Part shown: positions 48,601 to 59,900 of the stretch, piece by piece
How the letters are laid out: every line of letters begins with the position of its first letter
Position numbering within the stretch: the first letter of the stretch is position 1
Assembly (NCBI RefSeq): GCF_000143415.4
Contig: NW_003314300.1
Location: 812,977-876,976, forward strand
Length of the DNA stretch: 64,000 nucleotides
Origin: Selaginella moellendorffii
Taxonomy: Eukaryota; Plantae; Lycopodiophyta
Direction: 5' to 3'
Notes under the pieces: generated by a model
Databases searched by the model: none
What the model was told of the DNA's origin: nothing
Seen by the model: only the letters and a program-made list of their open reading frames with translations
Position numbers and translations under genes: made by a program

Positions 48601-51215
48601 TAGTGGCGTGTCGAAGAAGGACAAACAGACAAGCAATAGGAAAAAAGGAGGTACAAATTATATTTGCAATGGCATGTGGTCTCATGCCATTCCTTGCAGG
48701 AGACACTTCTTCAAAGGCAAAACAGGCAAGCACCAGCCAAGCTCAAATTGACAGTGGTCATAAAAAGCGAAAGCACGTTGGACAGTCGTCGGGATCAGAG
48801 GCGTTTGATTCGAAAAGGAAGAAGGGCAACGAAAAGATGATAGGTAATGCCTCGCGGTTATGGCGTGTGTGCTCATGCCATTCATTGCAGATCAAGGGCT
48901 GAGTGAAAGCAGCCAGTCACCACCTCCTGACTCAGATTCCTATGGCGGACTCCCCTTCCCCAATCTCAATGGAGAGGTACAATGGATGAGGGATGCTTTT
49001 CAAGTCAGGGCCACGTTTTTCTCATCTCGTCGTCTTCGAAGGGTGCAAGAACGTGCAGAAACCATGTTAAGACAGTCGGGTGAGGATACGGTCCTAGGTC
49101 ATGCACTAAAACAGGCTATGGATGTCTTGTATTTTGAGATGGAGACTCGGCCAGATGATTTTCCCAAGATGGTCCTGGAAGAACAAGCCATCCAGCTTGA
49201 GCAGCCTATGGAAGACATGCAGGAGGGGGATAAGGAGCCAGAGAAAGATAATGAGCAGGAAGAGCAGAAGGACGAAGAGGAGGACAAAGAAGAGGAGGAC
49301 GAAGAAGAGGAGGACGAAGAAGAGGAGGACGAAGAGGACTTGGATGGTCCTCACAATGGTGACGATCACAATAACGACGACGACGATGATGATGACGATG
49401 GCCAGCTTGAGGTGGCCAAAGAGCAGCGGAGGAAGGTCATACAAGACAAACCATCAGGTAAATAATAGTACATCCATTCCTAACCTTTTACCATTTCTAA
49501 CATTGTCCATGTAGGTTGCAAAGCAAATGGTAAGTAGAGATTATTCAGTTGAATTAAGATACAAACTCTAGCCTTTAGTGTCGAGGAAGGATAGTGCCAA
49601 GCAAGGGTCGAAACGTATGTCCAATCCTTCAGAATCAACAGTGCGCCCAAGTGATATCGGTCCTAGTTCCTCAATAGCAGTTGATGGTAAATACAGTATA
49701 GTCGATTCAATGTGCTAATGAGTTTGTTTTTAGTAGCCAGTAGGGAGGATACCATCTCAATCGAAGGGAGATATTTGGACATGTATATGGATCTGCCAGT
49801 GGACTCTACTTGCCTGCAAGAGTCATCAAAGCTGGTGGAGGCTACTATCCATATCAACGCCAAGCAAGCTGACCACACTCCACTTGATGCTGCCCATACC
49901 ACTGAGTCAATCTTGTCCACGTATCCAACTGACGGTGACCAGGCGCCATTGGACCTGCATGAGGCCGCCCCAGCCACCGAGCTGGTTGTATCCTCATTTC
50001 CAACGGACTCAACATGTGCCCAATCGTCTGACTACGCGCCGTTGGAACCTCCCTACACCGCCCCTGCTGCCTGTTCAGTCATGTCCACTTTGCCAACGGA
50101 GGCACCAGTTGAAATGGTGTGTGATCACACGCCATCGGAACCACCCCATGCCACTGTTGAGCCAGTTGTACCAGAGTCTACAGCTGAAATGGCATGTGCC
50201 CACACGCCATCGGATGCGATTGACCCCACATTGCAAAGGAGAGTATTTCCGCCCTTCACGTTTCCTCGACCAAAACCCTCTGAATGACTATCGGGAGCAC
50301 CATTCGCTAATATTGTAGATGGTAAAATTGACTTGTACCATTTTTTATGCTGACGCATTTCATTTCAGAGTCACGGCGAAAGTACTGTATCGTTTTTTAT
50401 CTGAACGGTGTCCTTTTCTCCCATGAGCGTGGCTCGTCCTCGAATGTCACTGCACCCTCCAAAGCCTGCGGTCGCAAGTTGGTCAAAAGAGACAGATTCA
50501 CATTAATCACACGGGAGAAACTGTGGGATCTAATAATGACCATGAGACACTTAAAACAGAGGGTCGGGTTCAATTTGCAATTGGGAGTTTGGACATCCAT
50601 GATGCGCCACAATGCATTAACGTTGCTACAGATGATGCACGATTAGACGCGAGTAATATTACCATTTGACTTTCTCCTAACGCAGGAGGATTGCTTGACT
50701 ATGGTCCATGTGAGGGGTAGCAAGCCCATCTTCGTCAAGCCAGAGGCTGTAGTGATGAACCAGACTGCTAGGTCAAGTGAAATCCTCATCATCGATGACT
50801 CGCCGATTAAAACTGTAGCGAACACGCACACATATGCAGTGCACCCCATCTCTTGCAGTATGGAAACAAGGAGAAGAAACCGTATGTTCTGAGGGACCTT
50901 GCAAAACGGCTTGGAGCGATGGTGATAGAGAACCGGCCAGTCCAGGAGGTGGCTGCAGAAATCAACCAAATGGCAGATGGAACGGTATATCAGAAGCCAT
51001 TTGATCGGACAGACACCAGTCATCATTTATGGCATGTATATTGTCTAGCCAAGCACTATCCGCATCTCCATAATCTGCTCAACCGGATGGGTTCTTCGAC
51101 CACTGAACATGAGCGTGGACGTATTAGAGAAGAGATGGCATTACTATTGGGTTTAAATCCTGATAGTGTGGAGAGTGATGAAATTCCAAGATTATTGTAT
51201 AGGCGTTGGAGGTAA
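45699..51215 (+). pseudogene. Multi-exon transposon cargo gene: ParB/Srx-like domain, possible MTase-like remnant, acidic tract, FCP1/NIF HAD phosphatase-like domain
   Basis: ATG|GTAAGT at 45699. Phase-consistent GT-AG introns: 45702-45940, 47123-47176, 48401-48450, 48523-48578, 48651-48699, 48844-48890, 49458-49514, 49530-49578, 49688-49733, 50322-50368. Motifs IDVSRI...NHRLVSDEWVEKLKQKM...FYAVSGQHSSLA and IVFYLNGVL...GVWTSM...QEDC...LIIDDSPIK. Several stops and frameshifts. Confidence 0.72.
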
Positions 51216-51676
51216 AAAATAACAGTCTGAGATGGCATGTATTTATTTAAAAATGTAACTTATTATGGCATGGGGTTCCATGCCATTGTATTAATATTAA
51301 AAGACAATTCTTTGAGAGGATTTGCATTATACTAGAAGTGTTACAGCATGTTATTGGAAGTCTACGAAGCTGTTTTATTAATAAGGGGAAAGTAAAGATT
51401 GAATGGGGACTTGGGCTCCACCTAGACTCGGAGCAACTGAGCCAATATTAAAAGGATGGAAAGAAATTGGACGACGATGACAAGGAGAAGAGAGAGGTGA
51501 AGCAGTAGCAGGGGGAGGAGAAGTTATTGAGTAGACATTTCCTTGTTTAAAATAAAATGGCATGTGCCTCAATGCAGTTGAATTTTGTTATATTTATATA
51601 CTATATAAAGGTTTGGAAACCTTATTTTACAAGTGGGATAATAACAATTCCCACTTTAACAAAATAGAGCTTTCGT

Positions 51677-52213
51677 CAGGATTGTCCCCCTTACAATATC
51701 GGGGATAAAGTCTGGCTCCTCAGGTGAAATATCTCCACCACCAGGCCCTATCCAAAACTCAATTTCAAATGCCTTGGTCCTTTCCCTATCACTGCCATCA
51801 TTAATCCTATGACTTATCGCCTTGCACTTCCCTCCTCATATCAAATTCACCCCGTTTTTCACTCCTCTCTCCTTGAGCCTTATATTCCCAGTCCTATTCC
51901 AAATCGGGTCATTCCTCCGCCTCCACCAGTGTAGCTCGAGGATGGGTCTGAGTACGAGGTTTAGGACATCCTTGATTCCAAGATTTCACAGTCTAAACTT
52001 TACTATCTGGTGGACTGGAAGGGTTACGGACCTGAGGAACGCACTTGGGAACCTGTGGACAACCTGATTCATTCTCCTGACCTTGTTCAGGACTTCCACC
52101 GCCGCTATCCTTCTCGTCCCAGTCCTCATTCTTTTTCTCCATCTCCCATCCCTCGCCGCTCATCTCATCCTCCTCTTCGTTCTCGTTCACATCCTCGTTC
52201 CACTTGTTCTTGA
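51677..52213 (+). pseudogene. Integrase GPY/F tail and chromodomain of the chromovirus
   Basis: IGDKVWL...LGPFPI...YRLALP...IHPVFH; YEV*DILDSK...YYLVDWKGYGPEERTWEPVDNL...LVQDFH. Confidence 0.93.
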
Positions 52214-55154
52214 GGAGGGGGTGCTGTCAGGAATCCCCCAATTCTTGCCACATTCCTAACTCTCGCCGGATTCCTGACCTGCAGACCACATTCCTGACTC
52301 TCGAGACACTTCCCTATTCCTGACTCTCGAGACACTTCCCTATTCCTGACTCTCGAGACACTTCCCGATTCCTGAGTCTCGAGCCACATTCCTGATGATG
52401 ATGTGACGCCTCCTCGACCTCAGCTATATTTAAGCCGTCCTCGATCCAAGAGTGGTGGAGCTTCATCAACCTATAGTATATATAGGTTAGCCTTGTTCCA
52501 TTTCTCCACAATCTGAATTAACGCCAGTCTAAGGCCTCTTCTTTGTTTCCACTAGCTTTTCTCTTTGTCTTTTTGCATTTTCCAGTCTTGATCTTGTCAG
52601 GGGTCTTGACAGGAATCTACCATGATTCTTTTCATAATTTGAAGGCTGCTATTACTATAGAGGCCAGGAAGAAAAGCACCATAACTCCAAAGTGTGTTCA
52701 ATAGTTTATACTAAAGGACTATGTGGTGGACATGTTGTTACAAGCTAATAAAAAAAAAGAGTTCATAGAGAACAACTTGAAGGACCTGTTTCGAAATATA
52801 GAACCGTGATAAACTTAAACATGTATAAGATTAATACTTAACTCTACTTTGTCACTAGAAACACTCTTTTTATTGGGAGAATAAAGAACAAAATGAGAGA
52901 AGGGCGAGATAGAAAGCTTCAATCTAGATTGAATATGATTTTGGAGTTAAAAAGAAAATGTCCCTTTAATTTTATTCATAGGAGTTTGTTTGTTGGCCAA
53001 ATGACTTTGAACAATCAACACCCTTTCATCTTTAAGAAGTCCACCTTTGGTCTTGCTTCTTATGTAGACCTTGTACAGCAAATGGACATGGATGGAGATA
53101 GGGACTTAGCTAATTCCTGGATCCATTTCAAGCATATGGAATGAGTTTCAAGCTGGTCAATGATAGGAGCCCATGTTTATGATCATAAGTAAGTGGCTTT
53201 TCATTTTTTAAGGATTCCATACCGATTTACATTATAACCATTCCTTCTATAGGTTACAGTGCAGTTTGACTATATCTATAGTTGAATTCAAGATCCAAAT
53301 TTCCAAGCTCAAACCGTCTTTTGAACTTGTATGTCCAAGGTTGTTGAACAGCGAACTGGAAAGAAACCCAACTTCCACGGTTTCATAGAAGATGCTACTG
53401 GTGCTAACTAGTTGGCTATATGACAAGTATTTAGAGGTGATAAAAGTTAGTTATTACAAGGTAGAGAGAAGAGTTATGAGTTTTATTGGGCAAAGAATGA
53501 CCGATGCATCAAGTCTAACTTCTATCACGAGTTCAAGTAGCTTTGTTAAGAATGGATGGATGTACCAACTAAAGAGGAGCATGAAGCAAAGCCAAATGAA
53601 ATGCGTATATGGTGGCATAAAGGAGAAAAAGTGTCAATTGAACACCTTCCACAAATGGATTGTTGGCTTGCATGGTGGGAAGTTTGAATGTTTCAATAAA
53701 GCTATTATATGCTTTTTTTTTTTTCTTGTCATATTCAAATGTTGCATTTTTCTTAGAATCAACCACTTGATGACATTGCAATTACACTAACAATTAATCT
53801 CTCTGAGAGCAAACATTGGAGTTAGAGAACATCTGAAGCAGGGAAAGGAAAAGTGTTCCTCTATGAAGCTATATTTTCTGGCCTCACTAGATCTCTTGAG
53901 CAGTCATTAGAAGCTTTGGTTGCACAAGAAGAAAAGTTTGCTGGTATAGGTTTAAACTTAAGCAAGCTTCAAGAGCGGGTTGGTAGAAGTACAATATCAA
54001 TAGCAAGGTCAATGTCTAAGATGGTGGAGGAAGTTGTTATTGGAACTCCTATGGAATTAAGTTATGAACGACTTGGGGACATAAGAACAACTTGTATGAA
54101 GCATCAACAAACATTTGCTCACCATCCAAAGTTTAATTACCATTCTATTCCATGACACCGAAGAAGAACTAAGGAATATGGAGTAGAGGAGGTGTTAGTT
54201 GTTACACAAGTAAATCCAGTGTCAAAGGTTGAGAAGATTATTGGTCATGAGCCAATTTCTCATATCAATTGAGCAATTTGAAGAGTCAGTGCCAAGAGTA
54301 ATCCATGTTGCTCCGAAATGATTAGGAGTTGAGGTCAGTGTCTTGTATTTGTGTGCTCAGGTTCAAGTTTTTCATTAGTACCATATTTCTGGGGCTGTCA
54401 AGATCTAGGGGTAAAGCGCTACCAATCAAGTTGGATTTACTATTGTGGGACTGATGTTACTTATACAAATTGGATCCACAACTCAATTATCTCAAAATAG
54501 ATTTTATGCCAAAGGAGTGGCCAATTGAGCAAAGTTACAATCTTTTGAAAGAAGAAATTGAAAGTCTGGAGAGAGTTAGTTTCAAGTTGAAAACTTCCTT
54601 AAATGTTGCTATTGATACTACTATGCCACCAATATCAATACTAGACCAGCATACATGACCAGCGAAAAATGTGAAGGCTGTACAATATAGGTCTTCTATT
54701 TCAAAAGGTGTACAAGAGAAGATCAATCTGGCAAAGGAGTTGAAGTGCACAATCATAAGGATAAAGCTATGCCTAAAGAGTTTATTGTTGTGACTAAGTT
54801 ATCAAAGGGTATGAGTTATACTATCAAAATCTGCAAAAATTCATCCTGTACCTATCCAAATTTTACATAAAGGGAGAATAAAGGAAAGGTATATTTAGCC
54901 TACAAGCACATTTATTACATTTTTATGCAAGAACTAAATCAAGATCCTAAGATTAACCATCACATCCACTAGGCAAGCTTTATAATTATGGAGCTTGAGA
55001 AGTTTTTTTATATTGCTTTTAGTGTTCAAATCTATATTTATATTTATATTTTATTGGTCAAATTTACTTGGAAATATAGATTAAATCAAAATTTGAAAGA
55101 TGAAAAGATGTTGCTTCGAGATGAACCAATGTTTTTCTTATGGTTGAGAAGTTG

Positions 55155-55200
55155 TGAACTCAGCTCGTGAGCTCATGAGCTCAAAACCTACCCGGGCTCC
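55155..55200. repeat. Probable right terminus of the MULE-like element (GAGCTCA cluster)
   Basis: ctcagctcgtgagctcatgagctcaaaacctacccgggctcc, followed directly by Gypsy RT sequence. Confidence 0.4.
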
Positions 55201-56329
55201 TAAAGATCAGCACAAAACAACCTTCATCAGTCCTTGGGGTGCTTATGCATATCTATGAATGCCTTTTGGTCTTTCTAATGCATTGTTTACTTCTTAGAGA
55301 ATCATCATTAACACATTTAGAGATTACCTCATGTAAGCGACTAAATTTTCCATTCTACTTTAGTTACTTAACCACACCTCTGACCACTTGGAGGAGTCTC
55401 ATTCACAACCTCCTTAAGTCCAATTCAGGACTTGAGACTTGCTAGTCCCGAGAATGGCATCCATGCCACTCAACCCTTACACTTGGTCCAAGTGCTCCAC
55501 GTGTCCAGTCCCAAGACCGACACCCAAAGGTACTACTGACATATCGGCCTGTTACGCTAAAGCCATGCCCATTCACCTTTGTTGCACTAGTGGTCCAATA
55601 CCACTTGCATCACAATCCCGTCTCTCCAATATTGGGCCGTCCGTCCACGAGTGGTCATCCCAGATCCACTCTTAAGCATCCTTAGGATGCCCACAGACAT
55701 GGGGAATAGCCTTCCCCAACATCCCTTTGTCAGTTCTTGCCAAGTCCCTTTTTCACCCATGGCCATGTTCACCAACACTGCCACTAGATCAAGGCTCGCA
55801 GGCCCGGCCACTAAGTCCCATTGTCCTCTGAGACTTCCTCACCATATGACCGTGTCCGTAGTCACTACACTAGAGGATTGCTCCTCCTCCTTTCCCCCAT
55901 TTGGGACTTCGGGACAACATTTCGGAACACTATGGCCCTACTCGAGCCCCATGGGTACTCTCCCCACCTTCCGCCTTGAGGTGCTCTAGCCATGGGCTTA
56001 GAGTGAGGTTCCGTTGAGCCACACCAGGTATCCAAGTAGGTAGTGCCACTAGCACTTGGACTGGGAGCATCGGCTAGTCGATCTCCCGGGGGAACTAGAG
56101 CCGACTCTTGAACACTTCACCAAGCTACCCCGCTTGTCGGTCCGTATTCACTCTAGTCTTGGACTTCCCAGTGGTTAGTTCATCACCCAACACTGGGTCT
56201 GGCCTTCCTGGGCCAAACTGGCCTTTCCTGGCCAAACTGGCTCCACTACAGTCCTCCCCCTTACTATACATTTGGAGCTCACCAAACCCCCTAGGGTCTG
56301 GGAGACGAACGCTTTGGGCTTTCACCCTC

Positions 56330-56905
56330 TCAGACTCAAACTCAGACTTGGACTCGGACTCGGACTCGGACCCAGACTCGGGCTCGGGCTTGGTCTCGGC
56401 CTTGGCCTCGGGCTCGGTCTCGGTCCCGGTCTCAATCTCGGTCCCGGTCCCGGTCTCGGTCTCGGTCTCGGTCTCGGTCCCGGTCTCGGTCTCAGTCCCG
56501 GTCTCGGTCTTGACCTTGGACTCCATCTCAGGTCCTTCTCAGACTCCATCTCGAATTCCATCTCGGGTCCATCTCAGACTCAATCTCGGACTCCGTCTCG
56601 GTCCATCTGGGACTCCATCTCAGACTCCATCTTGGGTCCATCTCGGACTCCATCTCGGGTCCTTCTTGGACTCCATCTCGGACTCCATCTCAGACTCCAT
56701 CTCGGACTCCACCTCGAACTCCAACTCGAGTCCATCTCGGACTCCATCTTGGACTCCACCTCGGACTCCAACTCAAGTCCATCTCAGACTCCATCTCGGA
56801 CTCCATCTCGGGTCCACCTCGGACTCCATCTCGAACTCCAACTCGGGTCCATCTCGGACTCCATCTCGAACTCCAACTCGGGTCCATCTCGGGATCCATC
56901 TCGGA
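56330..56905. repeat. Hexamer/dodecamer array inside LTR: (GACTCG)n, (GTCTCG)n, (CTCGGACTCCAT)n
   Basis: Direct reading. Confidence 0.92.
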
Positions 56906-59900
56906 CACTTCCACGTGTCATGTGTTGGTCCTTTTGGGTCCCTTTTTGGAGCCTCGTTTATTGCTCGCTTCATGCTCGTTCCTTGAGCACTTCGTTGGGA
57001 GTTCCACTCCCGCTCTCAACCTTTCAAGTTGGAGCCTTTTAGTCCAAACATGTTACGCTTGTTTGGCTTTTGCTTCGGCCATTACCACGTGGCACCCTTT
57101 CGGCTCCACTTTGGGGCTTAGGGATTTGTGTCTCACAACTCCACCACCCATAGATGAAGTTCGATGTCCTCATCGAACGCTAAACCCTTTTATAAAGTAA
57201 CACCCGCAGGTATTAGCATTTCCATCTTTGGCACCTAGCCAATATTTGTTTATGGTTTGACCCCGAAGGCTCACTATGCCTTGTCCATCCTCTAAGGGGC
57301 ATAGTCTCTCCAACATAGAGACTCATTCGGACACCTAGGGTGGTTTGCTCCCTTTTATTGGTTCAGTTCTCGCTAAACCCATTAGAGAAACCTTCTCTAA
57401 CTCAATTCCACTACTCATTCTCGAGTAGTCCCAACTTCTATTGACATAACCAATTCACTTTGGAACTTTTAATTTTGACTTCTCGAAGTCAATTTCTTTG
57501 GTGTCTTTGACACCTTTCACTGCACATATTGTGCAACTTCACTTCCCATCCTAGGAAGCTCCCCACTTGAGGGCGCCATCGTCCTCCTTTCTATTTTGTG
57601 CCACTTTTAGCACCAAGTTCCAGCCATCATAAGTTGTGCTAAAGCTATTCACGGCCCTATCCTTTGGCTACTTTGCCGCTCCCTCCCTTTGAGCTTTCAC
57701 CTTTGCCAACTTGGAGCATTTGGGAATCCATCCTTAGAAGCACACTTTCTTTCTCACAATCCGTTAGCATTCAACACATTAGTGTTCCATGCCTAACTTT
57801 GCCATTTGGATTCCTTCCAATGAACTCCATGGCCCACACTTGGCCACTAGTCTTTTGCTTTTATTCATTGATTATTACACTTAGCAACATAGGATCACTA
57901 CCTTTATTCTCGAGGTATCCTTTTGTTTCCATGGCAAAGGCTCTACTTTGCTAAGTCTAGCGGGTGCTCACCCCTAGTAGGTCTCTTTAGCAATTTCTGC
58001 TACGGGCTTCGTCCACGGCCCAACTTTGCGACCCTCCCATGGGTCTCTCCCTGAGACTACTTTCTTGGACTTACTATACCATCGTATTGGCACAGCTGAT
58101 TTCCCTTTAGGTGTCCTTCCCACTTGGTCACCTCAACCAAGCCACACCATTATCAATAGTTCAAATTAACACTTTGAATTGGGAATTATATTTCTTAACT
58201 CAGACAAAGACTTTGTCTTTGTTTAGCCACAAGATCACCTAACGATCTCATCTTGACCCCTTAACAGGTCTACCAATAGGAACTAGGTCTTCCAGACCCT
58301 TTTAAATTGTTGACTATGACCCCGGAGGCATCCACCACACTTGGCGGTGCGCCCAAGCCAACCCTTCCGGCCAAGGATCCATAGCAGCTGAGACTGGGTG
58401 TCCCCATCTCATTCACCACGTTCTTGGTGCCCTTTGCACCAAAGTGTTCAAGTTAGATACGCCGAGTTTTCACTCTAAACAATCTAACCGTGCATCACGA
58501 CTCTGAGGCATCCCCTGCTTGGCGGTGTGCCCAAGCCAATCTCCTCACTGAGAGTCCATGATCACCGAAATATAAGTGTCCTCATATTCTAAACCATCAC
58601 CACGCCCTAGTGATTTGGGACTCGAACCCAAGCACTAGAGGGTTGGGACTCGAACCCAACCTCTATATATGCATCTACGGACGGCATCACCCTAGATGCC
58701 TGGCGTGACTCCCCACGCCGGTGCACCAACTTATACTTAAAATGCGCTATAGATCACAACTTAGGAACCTAGTTCCCCCACACTACCAAGTCCTCTCACT
58801 TGACAAGTCTGTGATCATGCATGGATTCTTCCATGCTCGGCCCCATGGGCCACCCCTTTTGAAGTTAGCACCTTCAACTAGGGGATTTGTCCCCCTGACT
58901 TGCCAATCTCACTTAGCAAGTCATCCGGCCACCGTAACATGGTTCATGCATAAGCGTGAAAGTCCTTAACCATCGACTTTCATTCAAAGCCCTCTCTTTG
59001 AACACTCGGGAACTACCCCAACCTTGATAGCCTCACCTCATGGCTAGCTTCAAGACCACGCTTCTGCTGTGCCACTCCGATTTTGCACGCTCTAGGAACC
59101 ATTTACCCTTGGCTTTTCTAGGTACTAAGCTACCTAGAATCGTCTTTGGGAACTTTGAAGGAACTCTGTCTCTTAGCTTGCTAAGGCCTTTCCTTTCGCA
59201 AGCTTTCCAATTGCCATATGGTCTAGCATGGATAATTCCATGCTTTAGACTCTTCATGGCACCACGGTTGCTAGTAACAACATACTTGAGCACCCACTTG
59301 ATTCTCCACTCCTAACTGACATAACCACCCTTGGTTATGCTCTTTGATTTCTATGGTTTGGTTCTATCCCCTTACTACTTGCTTTTGGCCTCACACATTT
59401 CCTTCGGTTATTCGCCTCCAAACTAGGAGGATAGCTTTGCACCTTCTACTATGCCTTAGCAAGTTTTCTTGGGGATGAACCTACCCGATAGCCTAAGGAG
59501 TGGTTCTTCAATCTGGGTATGCTCACCTTATAATCTTACACACCAGGATTAATGTTATTACATATGGGCCTTTATATACCCATCACTAGCCTTGCCAAAA
59601 TTCCATTTTTGGCTTTATCCAATTCGGATAGACGGACTTTTTCCGTCTTTGCAACCTTGAACATTTAGATAGCACCTTCTATCCATCATTCGCTAGGGAC
59701 TTAGTCCCTTAGGCCTTATCTATTGCCCTTGCGACATCAAACACCACCTCCTGGTGTTTTAGAGTGTTTAGGTGTCCCAATGATGGCCTCTTTGACAATG
59801 AACATTCCCCTTTTTAACATTGACTTACTATATCGCAACATAAGCAATTTATCCTCTATAAGGGTATATCTAATTTTCTTATGCCATTAAGAAGCCTTGG

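Larger units (their letters stand above)
39617..51578. repeat. Dispersed 22-bp palindrome ATGGCATGnGGCCnCAYGCCAT, about 20 copies
   Basis: Copies at 39706, 41520, 41577, 43180, 43250, 43348, 44877, 45727, 45804, 45864, 47144, 48528, 48669, 48860, 50114, 50189 and 51265. Partial copies near 39617, 40120, 40180, 43965 and 51557. Confidence 0.92.
39075..51672. mobile_element. 12.6-kb TIR DNA transposon (Sola-like) with cargo gene
   Basis: TIR AAGCTCTATTTYGTTAAAGTGGGA (23/24 match); TSD TCGT (39071-39074 and 51673-51676). Removing it restores the integrase frame ANVHR|QDCPPYNIGDKVWL. Confidence 0.93.
34492..52611 (+). mobile_element. Complete chromovirus LTR retrotransposon (Tcn1/Tf1-like, self-priming), interrupted by a DNA transposon
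   Basis: LTRs 34492-34852 and 52225-52611 (TGTCA...TGACA); TSD GGAAT; PPT GAGGAGGGGG 52212-52221; gag-PR-RT-RH-INT-chromodomain. Confidence 0.97.
33600..54990 (+). pseudogene. MULE-like transposase pseudogene with C-terminal SWIM finger, split by the chromovirus (parts about 33600-34491 and 52612-54990)
   Basis: Cys-rich N-part (CKCKVTPMC*ACCDAKM); core VDLVQQM...DLANSWIHFKHME*VSSWSMIGAHVYD and PNFHGFIEDATGAN, resembling moss-type MULE transposases; SWIM-like YTIKICKNSSCTYPNF...YKHIYYIF (54815-54930). Confidence 0.7.

Noticed and set aside
49099-49514. Hydrophobic and basic ORFs overlapping the acidic tract
   Set aside because: Alternative-frame and antisense shadows of the GAR/GAC-rich exon.
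39617-51578. Palindromes as a CRISPR array or bacterial REP elements; element as contamination
   Set aside because: Spacing is irregular, copies lie in spliceosomal-type introns, and the element has a TSD inside a plant retrotransposon.
56108-57042. Long GL/SR/ES-repeat ORFs (also 61922-62934)
   Set aside because: By-products of stop-free hexamer arrays inside LTRs, open in several frames on both strands.
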